Virus record (IMG/VR): IMGVR_UViG_3300028832_002797
Source: a virus
Lineage: Duplodnaviria > Heunggongvirae > Uroviricota > Caudoviricetes
Length of the DNA stretch: 43,395 nt
Direction: 5' to 3' (one strand)
Part shown: positions 1 through 8,652 of the stretch, in pieces
Numbering within the stretch: position 1 is the first letter of the stretch
Layout: every line of letters starts with the position of its first letter
Notes under the pieces: model-generated
The model's database searches: none
Told to the model about the DNA's origin: nothing
Seen by the model: only the letters and a program-made list of their open reading frames with translations
Position numbers and translations under genes: made by a program

Positions 1-674
1 CAGGTTTCTTCGGAATCGATAACGCAGTTAAACAAACCTTCGATTTTGTTAAGATAATCGACAATACCGGTACTAAATGTCCATTCGAGATACTGTTCCA
101 AATATTTTTTAATAGCATCGATTTTCTTGTTGACCAATTCACGGTTAACAAGAAGTTGCTTTTTCAAGCCGAGCAAAATCTGTTTAATTGTTTCAACACC
201 AAAACTAAATGTAAAACCATAATTACAGATAGTTTTTTGGAATGTCTGAACATCTGAAAGAATTTCACGAATATTGTTAAATAAGTCCGCATTTACAAAA
301 CTATCTTTACATTGTTTTGTAAACCATTTATTAAGCTGTTTAAAAAGCAACGAACTTGGGTCAAGAAGTTCATTAACGAATGTCAAACAGTCAAACAAAC
401 GATGACACCAGATACTTTGCTTATTTCCGTCCTTATCTGTTTTTGTCGGGTCATATATCATATCAGCCAGTTTTTTCTGATATAATCGCACTGCATCCAC
501 CGTAGTTTCAATCAACTTTGCAACTGTATAATTCCATAAGGTAATAAGAGACTGAGCTAGTGCCTCAATCTTTTCGAGCAATCCCTTCGCCATTTCTTGG
601 TACGCTTCGATAGCACCGCAAATAACCTGGAAGGTTCCGTAAATATATGTACATATTAGAGATGTTACGCTCAT
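1..674 (-). CDS. Hypothetical protein, partial (runs off the window), probably virion-associated
   Basis: ATG at 674 opens an uninterrupted frame (MSVTSLICTYIYGTFQVICG...) to position 1; it lies directly downstream of the gp3-like gene. Not in the ORF track because it is truncated. Confidence 0.7.
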   Translation of the reverse strand, partial: MSVTSLICTYIYGTFQVICGAIEAYQEMAKGLLEKIEALAQSLITLWNYTVAKLIETTVDAVRLYQKKLADMIYDPTKTDKDGNKQSIWCHRLFDCLTFVNELLDPSSLLFKQLNKWFTKQCKDSFVNADLFNNIREILSDVQTFQKTICNYGFTFSFGVETIKQILLGLKKQLLVNRELVNKKIDAIKKYLEQYLEWTFSTGIVDYLNKIEGLFNCVIDSEET

Positions 675-697
675 TATTATCCTTGTAGTATATATAG

Positions 698-1249
698 TTA
701 TTTATCTTCTAAGTTCTGTAACTGTAATTCGATAGTTTCGTAATCGAATGTGCAAGTAAATGTACAGATTTCAGAAGTACCGTATTCAAGATTAACGTTT
801 TGAAGATTAGTCAAAATAGCGTGTTTGAATTTCATTTTTGACTGGATCTTGTTGTCGTTATTCAACGATACAATTTCAATAGCGTCGATACAGTCCATAC
901 GCAAAAGTTCTTCACCTTTAAGGCTCTTCTTTCCGCAAGTTTCACCATGACGCATAGCATCAATCCAGCAATAGAAGTAATAGAAATTCTTCATCTCTTC
1001 ATCAAGTTTGAATTCAATAGTTATGGACTGGAGGTCACGAGCACCAATCGGATTCGGGTGCAACTGACGTTCATGCATATACATGGAAGTAAGCATAGGA
1101 ATAGACAAATCCGGGATGCTGGCGGAACGAACATAGTTGTCAAGTATATGGGTATCTAAGTCGATTCCCGTAAAGTTAACAAGATTCGAGAAACGTACCA
1201 CGAATTTGTTTTTATTAAAATCATTAATACTGGTTGTAATACCTGCCAT
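698..1249 (-). CDS. gp3: T4 gp3-like tail completion / sheath stabiliser (tube terminator)
   Basis: The segments SASIPDLSIP and ITIEFKLDEEMKNFYYFYCWI resemble T4 gp3 (SVPIPGIRIP, LIVRFIVDEELKSWIGMYEWM); GAGG SD and TATAAATA upstream. Confidence 0.7.
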   Translation of the reverse strand: MAGITTSINDFNKNKFVVRFSNLVNFTGIDLDTHILDNYVRSASIPDLSIPMLTSMYMHERQLHPNPIGARDLQSITIEFKLDEEMKNFYYFYCWIDAMRHGETCGKKSLKGEELLRMDCIDAIEIVSLNNDNKIQSKMKFKHAILTNLQNVNLEYGTSEICTFTCTFDYETIELQLQNLEDK

Positions 1250-1264
1250 AATATCCTCTGCATA

Positions 1265-1272
1265 TATTTATA
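1265..1272 (-). promoter_or_regulatory. T4-type late promoter TATAAATA
   Basis: Exact TATAAATA on the minus strand just upstream of the gp3-like gene. Confidence 0.7.
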
Positions 1273-1278
1273 AACGGA

Positions 1279-1307
1279 AAAATCACCCCTCCAGGAAGGG
1301 TGATTTT
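1279..1307 (-). terminator. Intrinsic terminator
   Basis: AAAATCACCC-N9-GGGTGATTTT hairpin just after the stop of 1324..3024. Confidence 0.7.
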
Positions 1308-1323
1308 AAAATCAAAAATTCAA

Positions 1324-3024
1324 TTATTTGTTTCTGACGGTATTATCGATTTCTCGTTCCGTACCAAAGGCTGTAAGATAACCATTTGGAGAATGATCTT
1401 CAATAAGCTTTTTCAATCGTGCGCCAAATACCTTAATGAATTTTTCACCGGCACCAGCAAACTGGATTCTAATGAAGTGCATATTTTCTTTTTTACTTGC
1501 CGTAATTTGAACACTAACAAGTTTAACCGGATTATCAGTTTTATCAAGCTTAGAAATATACTCTTCTATGATTTTCTTAACGGAGTCACGAAGATTCGTT
1601 TCAATAGTATCTGCAATATTATTGAGCTTTTCCGGATTAGAAAAATCATACAAAAGTGTTCCTTCAGCTTCGCTAAGGACAATTTTACCGATTAATTTAC
1701 CGAATGCTACATAGCTATCTTCCATCTTATTATTAAGAAGTGTTAAGCCACCAAAGTTTTTAACAGCATCCAGGATCTTCTTCTTATATTCAATATTTGC
1801 TTTTGTCTTATCAAACTTTCCATCAGCGTCTGTAATCTTACCGAGTTCAGCCAAATCATCTAAAATCTTTTTACGATTAATGGTAATGGTAATAACATTA
1901 TCGTACTTATTCATATTGGCACGTTTTTCTTGCTCGGCTTTTTCTGCATCCTCTTCAGCCTGTTTAGCAAGTTTCTGAACGGCTTCATCCTCGCTCTTAA
2001 GAGCAAGTTCCTGAATACGATTCTTCAATGCTGTCGGGAACTTATCATCAGCGAAAGCGGTAGTATATTTATCAAGTATGATTTGTTCCACTTCAACAGG
2101 CTTTACTTTGGTTTCGAAAGAACCGACAACATCTAAATCACTTGTTTTAATGAATGCACCGGCATCTTCGCTAGTCTTAAATCCAAGAGTGAATTCCAAC
2201 TCCTTAGGATTAATCAAAAAACAACAAAGATTCTGGTCTTTAGCAGCATCAAGCGCCGGTTTAAAATAAGTTTGATACCATGCATTCAAAGCATCATCGG
2301 CTTTAACTTCCTTACCTTCGCGACTAAATTGCTTAATTACCTTTTCAAAGGAATCGGTAATTTCCTTAACCTTCAAAGTCCACTTGACGCCGTAAACCGT
2401 TACACGCTTTGCAGCGTCTGCCTGTTCTTTTTCAGCAGTTTCAATGTCGTTAATACGGTCCTTATGTGTTTTTTCAGCAACGCTCAAAACAACCTTGTTC
2501 ATTGCCGGACTTTCAAAAGAAGCAAATGTTGCAGCCTTAAAACGTTCGATATTCTTTGAATTCACCTTGTCAGTAGTAAGTTTACCTTTCGAAATAATAC
2601 TATTCGTATTATCCAGATTATCGTAAACATACTTTGCCATGGTTTTATCTTCATAACAAACCTTGAATCCACTATCATTGTAAGCAATATATGAAATGTC
2701 ATTCTTATTCAAATGGTCAAAGACTTGTTCGTTTAATTCCTTATTCCACAATTTCAAAAGGTCATCAGCGCTAATAGTTCTAGCGTCAGAAACCTTCTTG
2801 AGGGCATTGTCGATAAAGGTTGCAATTTCTTTGGTATTATATGTAAAACTGATTACACCGACTTCGACTTCAGTACCATTCTTGAGAAGTTCTGCTTCTT
2901 CAGCTGCCTTTTTATTCTTGATTTCAACATCCATGTTGAACTTATCTTTTGCAATTTTAGAAACACGGTCAGCGAGCTTCTGTGCCTTAAAAAATAGTGT
3001 TTCGGCTTCAAATAACTTTTTCAT
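1324..3024 (-). CDS. Hypothetical protein (566 aa), candidate virion/internal protein
   Basis: Long, K/E/A-rich ORF; N-terminus MKKLFEA; located in the late block. Confidence 0.75.
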   Translation of the reverse strand: MKKLFEAETLFFKAQKLADRVSKIAKDKFNMDVEIKNKKAAEEAELLKNGTEVEVGVISFTYNTKEIATFIDNALKKVSDARTISADDLLKLWNKELNEQVFDHLNKNDISYIAYNDSGFKVCYEDKTMAKYVYDNLDNTNSIISKGKLTTDKVNSKNIERFKAATFASFESPAMNKVVLSVAEKTHKDRINDIETAEKEQADAAKRVTVYGVKWTLKVKEITDSFEKVIKQFSREGKEVKADDALNAWYQTYFKPALDAAKDQNLCCFLINPKELEFTLGFKTSEDAGAFIKTSDLDVVGSFETKVKPVEVEQIILDKYTTAFADDKFPTALKNRIQELALKSEDEAVQKLAKQAEEDAEKAEQEKRANMNKYDNVITITINRKKILDDLAELGKITDADGKFDKTKANIEYKKKILDAVKNFGGLTLLNNKMEDSYVAFGKLIGKIVLSEAEGTLLYDFSNPEKLNNIADTIETNLRDSVKKIIEEYISKLDKTDNPVKLVSVQITASKKENMHFIRIQFAGAGEKFIKVFGARLKKLIEDHSPNGYLTAFGTEREIDNTVRNK

Positions 3025-3040
3025 TATACGGTTTCCTCAT

Positions 3041-4129
3041 TTATTTCGATTTGTTTAACTCAATGGACTTGCTATTTATCTTTACCTGAGTCGGTTCTTT
3101 GAAGCTACCGATAAATTGGCCTTCGGCTTCTTCACGGAATGCCTTAGCGCTTGTAAGAGACTCAAAGTTCAAGAAAATATTTCCTTTCTGAGAACCACGT
3201 CCATATAAGAAATTAAAGTTATCAGCAAGGTCCTTAACCTTTTTAAACTGGTCGTTAATCTTCTTGGTAATTTCGTCAGATATGACTTCACTGTCACCGC
3301 CGGTAATACCAGAAAGAAGTTCTTCAATATCCTTGTCTGTAATTTCCCAAACTACTCGACCGCAGGTTTTTTCCTTACCAAAACGATTTTCCTTGACAGC
3401 AGCTTCAATTTCATCTTTGATTTTATCATAGATGACCTTGGAGTTATCATTTGTGAATTTTGCTTTAGCAAGTGTTTTATTGCTCTTCCAACTACGTTTT
3501 TCGTTTTCAACCTTTTCATAGGTCTTATCTTTACGGCGGGTACATTTTTCGATTTTAACCATACCCTTGATAACATCTTCGGCAACTTCCAAGATTTTCT
3601 GTTCCGAAAGTCTTTCATTCAAGAAGTCTTCAACATGTTCCTTAGAGTCATAGTACATGAACAAATGACCATCCTGTACCCAAGAATACTTATATCCTTC
3701 GATAGGATCGTCATAAAGAAGTTCATCTTCATCATTTCCCGGATTGTCAGAAGGATTATCATATTTCGTATTTGTGCCACGAGCAAGACCAACGAGCTTG
3801 TCAATAGTACCATTTATTGTTTCGGTAATAGCATTCAAAATGGTTTCTTGAAGTCCGTCAACATCATTACCAGACTTACTGTCTTTAACAACAACCATAG
3901 TACACTTTTCAATAAGGCCCTGGCGGAAGCTACGATTAGTAAAATCGAAATTTAAACGCCAAAGTTCAATCTTATCTGCCTTAAGATTACCGCTAAGGTG
4001 CTTTTTTGTATTATGCCAGCTCTTTTTGAATATATCACCAAGGCCTTCGTCGAGCTGAACGTCATAGGTATAGTTACCTTTCAGCTTTTCCTTGGCTACA
4101 TACTGTGAAAATGTTGTTTCTTTCTTCAT
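3041..4129 (-). CDS. Hypothetical protein (362 aa), candidate virion/internal protein
   Basis: Long ORF with TATAAATA upstream; N-terminus MKKETTFSQYVAKE...QLDEG. Confidence 0.75.
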   Translation of the reverse strand: MKKETTFSQYVAKEKLKGNYTYDVQLDEGLGDIFKKSWHNTKKHLSGNLKADKIELWRLNFDFTNRSFRQGLIEKCTMVVVKDSKSGNDVDGLQETILNAITETINGTIDKLVGLARGTNTKYDNPSDNPGNDEDELLYDDPIEGYKYSWVQDGHLFMYYDSKEHVEDFLNERLSEQKILEVAEDVIKGMVKIEKCTRRKDKTYEKVENEKRSWKSNKTLAKAKFTNDNSKVIYDKIKDEIEAAVKENRFGKEKTCGRVVWEITDKDIEELLSGITGGDSEVISDEITKKINDQFKKVKDLADNFNFLYGRGSQKGNIFLNFESLTSAKAFREEAEGQFIGSFKEPTQVKINSKSIELNKSK

Positions 4130-4158
4130 TCCGGAATTCCTTTTAAAATCTTTTATAT

Positions 4159-4166
4159 TATTTATA
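4159..4166 (-). promoter_or_regulatory. T4-type late promoter TATAAATA
   Basis: Exact motif overlapping the stop of 4162..4524, upstream of 3041..4129. Confidence 0.65.
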
Positions 4167-4524
4167 GAGTTTCAAAAGTTTCCAGATCTCGGGCGAAATG
4201 CTTACGGTTTGCCTTAATCCAGGATTTTATCTCCTGAAGAGCCCTGTGCATGTCATTCCAGTCGATAGTTGTACCCTTCGGAACGTCCTCTTCACGAATA
4301 TCCATAGCCCAATTACCGGAATTGAACTTAAATGTATGATTGTCAAGACTATCGGAAATACGGTCACATTCTTCGAGGGCCCAATCTGGGTATCGCTTGA
4401 CAGTATCAACGCAAAGTTTCAGAAGTGGGTTGAATGTCGGCATTTGAAGGATGTTTTCCATGGATCTATAGCCAGTGAACTTTGCAATAGTGTAAAATCT
4501 CAGAATTTGTACAATCGGTCTCAT
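4162..4524 (-). CDS. Hypothetical protein
   Basis: AAGGAG SD before the ATG; fits the gene tiling. Confidence 0.7.
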   Translation of the reverse strand: MRPIVQILRFYTIAKFTGYRSMENILQMPTFNPLLKLCVDTVKRYPDWALEECDRISDSLDNHTFKFNSGNWAMDIREEDVPKGTTIDWNDMHRALQEIKSWIKANRKHFARDLETFETL

Positions 4525-4551
4525 TTTAATTCTCCTTATAAAAATAAATGA

Positions 4552-4574
4552 AAGCCTAATGTAAAATTAGGCTT
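4552..4574 (-). terminator. Intrinsic terminator
   Basis: AAGCCTAAT-N5-ATTAGGCTT hairpin downstream of 4607..5287. Confidence 0.55.
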
Positions 4575-4606
4575 CTTGAACTTTATGTCTTATTATATAT
4601 GAAAAA

Positions 4607-5287
4607 CTAAACTGAATTTTTCGTAGCACTGAAATTATGCTTTTTCAGAACCAAAAGGGCTTCTTCGAGATTCTGGTCGATTTCTTCCTCGGGTTCAGGT
4701 TGTTCCTTAGTTTCATCTTCTTCATCAGCTACTGGACTATCTACCGGCATGACATAGGTAATAGCGTCATCCCAAGACATACCCTTGTATTTCGAATTCG
4801 GTTCAAAATAAGTAGACTGGTTTTCCTTACCAAGGTCAGCACGATAAACGAGCTTAGCACCGTCGGCATATTCAAGGAAGTTGTTTCCGTCAACGAGCTT
4901 TCCTTTACCGATAACACCATTCTTAACCTTTGCACTGGCAACGTCTTCGACATCCGCTTTCATACCTGTAGCGAAAGACTTGAACCTTCCGAGAATTTCT
5001 TCAGCCTTTTCGATACCGGTAGTGATACGGGAATTGATAGCCGAAATATTCGGAGATTCCTTTGCATTTCCAGAAGTATTAAGGAAAAGAACTGCGGCGA
5101 CAATAGTGCTCAAAAGAATCTGAGTAAGATTGTTGTCAACGTTTGAATTCTGGATTTCTTTCTTAATATCTCCAGCGTCAGACATGAGCTGTTCTTTTTC
5201 GTTTTCTGTTTTTGCGTTTTTTGCGAAATTTACAAAGGTTTTAACCTTGTTAAAAATACTGTCTAGTTTTTCTGCTTCGTTAATCAT
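4607..5287 (-). CDS. Hypothetical protein (226 aa), candidate virion/internal protein
   Basis: TATAAATA upstream; N-terminus MINEA; acidic C-terminal linker. Confidence 0.75.
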   Translation of the reverse strand: MINEAEKLDSIFNKVKTFVNFAKNAKTENEKEQLMSDAGDIKKEIQNSNVDNNLTQILLSTIVAAVLFLNTSGNAKESPNISAINSRITTGIEKAEEILGRFKSFATGMKADVEDVASAKVKNGVIGKGKLVDGNNFLEYADGAKLVYRADLGKENQSTYFEPNSKYKGMSWDDAITYVMPVDSPVADEEDETKEQPEPEEEIDQNLEEALLVLKKHNFSATKNSV

Positions 5288-5291
5288 ATCT

Positions 5292-5303
5292 TATTTATAA
5301 ATA
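5292..5303. promoter_or_regulatory. Palindromic TATTTATAAATA, containing the late-promoter motif on both strands
   Basis: Perfect 12-bp palindrome between the divergent genes 4607..5287 (-) and 5308..5589 (+). Confidence 0.55.
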
Positions 5304-5307
5304 TCAC

Positions 5308-5589
5308 ATGAACATTTTACTGCTCAATAAAAAATATGGTTATGAAACGGTAATTCCTTTTCCATTAGTTTCTCCATTAAGAATGTGGGAAGAAACTGCA
5401 CTTGTATTTAATGGCGGTAAAAAGAATTATAGTTTATGGAAGTCAGATTTTGAAGATACTGACATGATATTGCCAAATAATACAAAATTAGTTCTTACGA
5501 ATTTTAAAAACGTAAAGGAGCTATATGATTATATAGCTCCGATTCTAAACAATGAAGAAAACAAATTCGTAATAGAAAACTATCTTTAA
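5308..5589 (+). CDS. Array paralog (degenerate)
   Basis: Ends ...LNNEENKFVIENYL. Confidence 0.7.
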   Translation: MNILLLNKKYGYETVIPFPLVSPLRMWEETALVFNGGKKNYSLWKSDFEDTDMILPNNTKLVLTNFKNVKELYDYIAPILNNEENKFVIENYL

Positions 5590-5999
5590 AGGTCGTCAAT
5601 CTTTCCAAGAGTTTTCGCAAATTCCAAATAACTTAGTACATTTTCACGAAGTCCAGCCAATTCACCATTAAACGAGATTTCAGTAGCTCCATGTTTTAAT
5701 ACAATATTTTTATAATCGTTCAGCCGCTGCTCATTTATCATAAGTACACAAAAATCGGTAGTCAAATAATAGCGATTATTCAGATGAATAATTTCACGTC
5801 CGCTTATACGTACATCTTCTCCATCAGCATAATATGATTTCTTATCAACTGCTAAAACCTGTAAAAGCGAAGGTTCTTTATTATCCTTGTAGTTATACTG
5901 GATATAAAAAACCTCGGGCAATACTTTCGTAATATCATAAGCGGTTTTTCCGTTAATAACCGCCCGTTTGATTTGATTATTTGCTTTAATTCTTTTCAT
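5586..5999 (-). CDS. Array-like small protein (inverted orientation)
   Basis: Start revised to MKRIKAN (ATG 5999) to avoid overlap with the upstream gene; ends ...KTLGKIDDL. Confidence 0.6.
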   Translation of the reverse strand: MKRIKANNQIKRAVINGKTAYDITKVLPEVFYIQYNYKDNKEPSLLQVLAVDKKSYYADGEDVRISGREIIHLNNRYYLTTDFCVLMINEQRLNDYKNIVLKHGATEISFNGELAGLRENVLSYLEFAKTLGKIDDL

Positions 6000-6021
6000 T
6001 TTGCTGAATAATATAATCGGT

Positions 6022-6306
6022 TCAGAGTTTTTCGATTGCCCTAAGATTCCTGTATTTTTCAATAGCCGTAGAGAGACGGTCGAGGTTTTTCCTGTCGGCG
6101 TAAAGATTCTCATATTTAGTACCTTCGAGCATTACATAATCACCTGGACGCTGAGTAATATAATACCAATAGCCACCAGCATAATCGTTAGGCTCTACAA
6201 CTTGTATTCCAATTTGTCCATTCTGTGTACTAAAATCCAAAATATCGACAAACTCGATATTTTTCTTTGCCGTAGCACTCAGACTTACACACAGTTTATT
6301 CTTCAT
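6022..6306 (-). CDS. Array paralog (inverted orientation)
   Basis: Start revised to ATG 6306, 7 nt after the minus-strand -10 box; ends YVMLEGTKY...RNLRAIEKL. Confidence 0.75.
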   Translation of the reverse strand: MKNKLCVSLSATAKKNIEFVDILDFSTQNGQIGIQVVEPNDYAGGYWYYITQRPGDYVMLEGTKYENLYADRKNLDRLSTAIEKYRNLRAIEKL

Positions 6307-6313
6307 GCCATAG

Positions 6314-6342
6314 AATATAGTAAACCAGCTGTTATTTGTAAA
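6314..6342 (-). promoter_or_regulatory. Sigma70-type promoter TTTACA-N17-TATATT
   Basis: -35 at 6337-6342 and -10 at 6314-6319; ATG 7 nt downstream. Confidence 0.75.
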
Positions 6343-6346
6343 CCTG

Positions 6347-6375
6347 TTTACATAAAGAAAATTTTTTGCTATATT
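6347..6375 (+). promoter_or_regulatory. Sigma70-type promoter TTTACA-N17-TATATT
   Basis: -35 at 6347-6352 and -10 at 6370-6375; ATG at 6383. Confidence 0.75.
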
Positions 6376-6382
6376 ATAAGGC

Positions 6383-6724
6383 ATGAAGTCTAAGCCCAAA
6401 ATTCTTTTTCGTCATTTTACTGTCCAGCCAGAAGAATTCGACATTGACAGGTTTGAAGTATTTGAGCTTAGGGATAATGTTAATATCTGCGACGGTAATC
6501 CTTCATTAGCAGTTCCATTGGCTCCGTATGGTCATTATAAAAATCGAACTGAAATAGTTCCCATATCGCATTTTATATATCCAGACTGTTATTTCATAAT
6601 AGACGATGTAGAATATCGTTTTCCTAATAAAAAACCACAAGAGATATATAAAACACTTTGCGATGTAATTTATGAAAAGATTGTAGAATATCAACTTTCG
6701 AGCTTGAATGATGATAGCGTTTAA
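6383..6724 (+). CDS. Array paralog (degenerate)
   Basis: Contains CYFIIDDVEYRF; promoter directly upstream. Confidence 0.75.
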   Translation: MKSKPKILFRHFTVQPEEFDIDRFEVFELRDNVNICDGNPSLAVPLAPYGHYKNRTEIVPISHFIYPDCYFIIDDVEYRFPNKKPQEIYKTLCDVIYEKIVEYQLSSLNDDSV

Positions 6725-7043
6725 ATATACAGAGTTATATAAAACACTTTTGGATAAGCAAATTCCAATTAAATACATGAACATCAAAGATGAAGTTCAT
6801 GCTTATTCTCATTTATATAAAGGTCATACGTCTGTTCTGTTTTGCGGAATGAAGAAATGGGATGAAGACGATTTTACCATTTATTACTACATGAGAAATA
6901 ATGTTACAGAAGATTTGAGACTTAGCTGGGACAATAACTGCTATGTAGTTTATGAAGGCGTCAGGTATGACAATATTGATAAGCTTTACGCTTCGCTAGA
7001 AAATAAAAAGACTCTTGCAATAATAGATAGCTATTTACAATAA
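6708..7043 (+). CDS. Array paralog (degenerate)
   Basis: Ends YVVYEGVRYDNI...KKTLAIIDSYLQ. Confidence 0.75.
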   Translation: MMIAFKYTELYKTLLDKQIPIKYMNIKDEVHAYSHLYKGHTSVLFCGMKKWDEDDFTIYYYMRNNVTEDLRLSWDNNCYVVYEGVRYDNIDKLYASLENKKTLAIIDSYLQ

Positions 7044-7120
7044 AAATGACGGACCGCCAGATCCGTCATGAATTATCATATTGTTGAAACGTGTTCGACA
7101 AAGAACCAATATGATAAACT
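7042..7120 (-). ncRNA. Candidate structured small RNA (about 80 nt)
   Basis: TATAAATA at 7126-7133 (-), an 11-bp stem (7073-7083/7107-7117), then a terminator hairpin (7046-7069) and T-tract on the minus strand; no credible ORF. Confidence 0.45.
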
Positions 7121-7136
7121 TATATTATTTATAGCG

Positions 7137-7165
7137 TTGACAAAAAGGAACTCTCTTGCTATATT
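7137..7165 (+). promoter_or_regulatory. Sigma70-type promoter TTGACA-N17-TATATT
   Basis: Consensus -35 and 17-nt spacer; ATG at 7175. Confidence 0.8.
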
Positions 7166-7174
7166 TAAGGTACT

Positions 7175-7444
7175 ATGTCTCAAAAAACACAAAATATCAT
7201 ATTTTATTGCTGTATGTTAATGGCCATAGCTGGTGCAGCTTGGATTGTTCAAGCGGTTTACCAACAATCACCAAATATCGATTATGAAAAAAGCTACAGT
7301 GTAGCAGAAGTTCAGAAGTTGGTAGATGAAAAAGTTAAAGATGTCAGCTGCGGTGTCATCAATAACGAAATTATCTGCATCCATAAAAACCACAAAACTT
7401 CGCGTCAACCTGTCTTTTGTACAGTTAAATGGAACGGTAAATAA
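7175..7444 (+). CDS. Small protein with an N-terminal membrane anchor/signal
   Basis: Hydrophobic stretch IIFYCCMLMAIAGAAWIVQAV; lacks the array motif. Confidence 0.7.
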   Translation: MSQKTQNIIFYCCMLMAIAGAAWIVQAVYQQSPNIDYEKSYSVAEVQKLVDEKVKDVSCGVINNEIICIHKNHKTSRQPVFCTVKWNGK

Positions 7445-7737
7445 TGTCACCAGTACCCTTCAAACTCACATGTACGATTTTGGTAATTTATATTGCCTTG
7501 TTCGTAATTCTCGGATTCTTCAGTCTGTCTATCTTACTCTGGCTTCTAGGCATAATGTTCGCCGTGGCAACATTGTGTTATATTGTCATTCTTATCGAAG
7601 AAAAGCCATGGAAGTATTGTAATTCGGCGGAAAACTGGCTTGGATATGCACTCATGGCATACGGTATTGTTTTCTTCTTCCTTCCGATTATTTTACTCAA
7701 TATTATTGCCGACAAGATGGAACGTAATGAAAAATGA
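7444..7737 (+). CDS. Small integral membrane protein (about 3 TM segments)
   Basis: Three hydrophobic stretches; TAATG overlap upstream and ATGA overlap downstream. Confidence 0.75.
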   Translation: MSPVPFKLTCTILVIYIALFVILGFFSLSILLWLLGIMFAVATLCYIVILIEEKPWKYCNSAENWLGYALMAYGIVFFFLPIILLNIIADKMERNEK

Positions 7738-8072
7738 TTAACGTCGTTTTTACACAGTATAATTGTGATGAACATCCGGTCAAAAGGGCTGTTACTGAAG
7801 TAGTCGCATTTTATAAGTGTAAAGCCGAAAATTTTGTAGATTCACATGACCAAAAAGATATTATAGATGAATCGATAATTGTTATACAATGGAAATCTCC
7901 GGATTATCATGGCATTTATATGCTTCGTCTTGGTACTTTTAATCTTTATGAGGCGTATCTTGAAATCGATGGTAAAATATACAAATATCCGGAAATAATA
8001 AAAAACTTTGACAGAATAAACGGTATTATAGAAAACGAAAAAACCAAACTCGCTTTGGAGAAACTGGCATGA
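7734..8072 (+). CDS. Array paralog
   Basis: Ends YLEIDGKIYKYPEIIKNFDRINGIIENEKTKLALEKLA. Confidence 0.85.
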   Translation: MINVVFTQYNCDEHPVKRAVTEVVAFYKCKAENFVDSHDQKDIIDESIIVIQWKSPDYHGIYMLRLGTFNLYEAYLEIDGKIYKYPEIIKNFDRINGIIENEKTKLALEKLA

Positions 8073-8353
8073 TTCAAATCAGACACCGTTCTTGCTTATA
8101 TGACATCGAAACAATAGATAATTTTGTGCATTTGTTGCATTATAATTCTGATCTTGAAACACATGAGCATTATATAAAAGTATGCATTAAACCTGTTGGT
8201 TGGAATTATTCTCACGAGGTTCGTTTAAACGGTGATGATTATATTAAGCTAAATGACAAAATTTATACTGTAACAGATATTGGTGAACAATTTGACAAAG
8301 TTAAAGCATTAGTCATGCACGAACTTGAAATTCAGGCTATAGACGCATTATGA
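8069..8353 (+). CDS. Array paralog
   Basis: Ends YIKLNDKIY...IQAIDAL; ATGA overlap. Confidence 0.85.
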   Translation: MIQIRHRSCLYDIETIDNFVHLLHYNSDLETHEHYIKVCIKPVGWNYSHEVRLNGDDYIKLNDKIYTVTDIGEQFDKVKALVMHELEIQAIDAL

Positions 8354-8643
8354 GCAATATTGTAATTGAAAGACGATACAGTTATCCCAGGTCGGATGAC
8401 ATTTACAATGTATATAAGTTATATGGTTTTGAAGAGACAAAAAGAGGTTTTTATATTTTCTTTACCGATAAGAGAGATGGTTATCCACACACCATCGATA
8501 CGGCTCCTACCGAAAAATCTAAGACGTTTCTTATAATTAACGGACAAAGATTTACAAACGATGACATTCTTAAAAATCCTTCCAGAATCGGTGCATTATT
8601 GAATAATGCATGGAATATGAACGCAATAGAACACCTTCCGTAG
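8350..8643 (+). CDS. Array paralog
   Basis: Ends FLIINGQRF...ILKNP...NAIEHLP. Confidence 0.85.
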   Translation: MSNIVIERRYSYPRSDDIYNVYKLYGFEETKRGFYIFFTDKRDGYPHTIDTAPTEKSKTFLIINGQRFTNDDILKNPSRIGALLNNAWNMNAIEHLP

Positions 8644-8652
8644 ATTACCAAT

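Noticed and set aside
7066-7120. tRNA or tRNA remnant (GTTC/TCGAA words)
   Set aside because: It cannot be folded into a cloverleaf with D, anticodon and T arms; kept only as a candidate small RNA.
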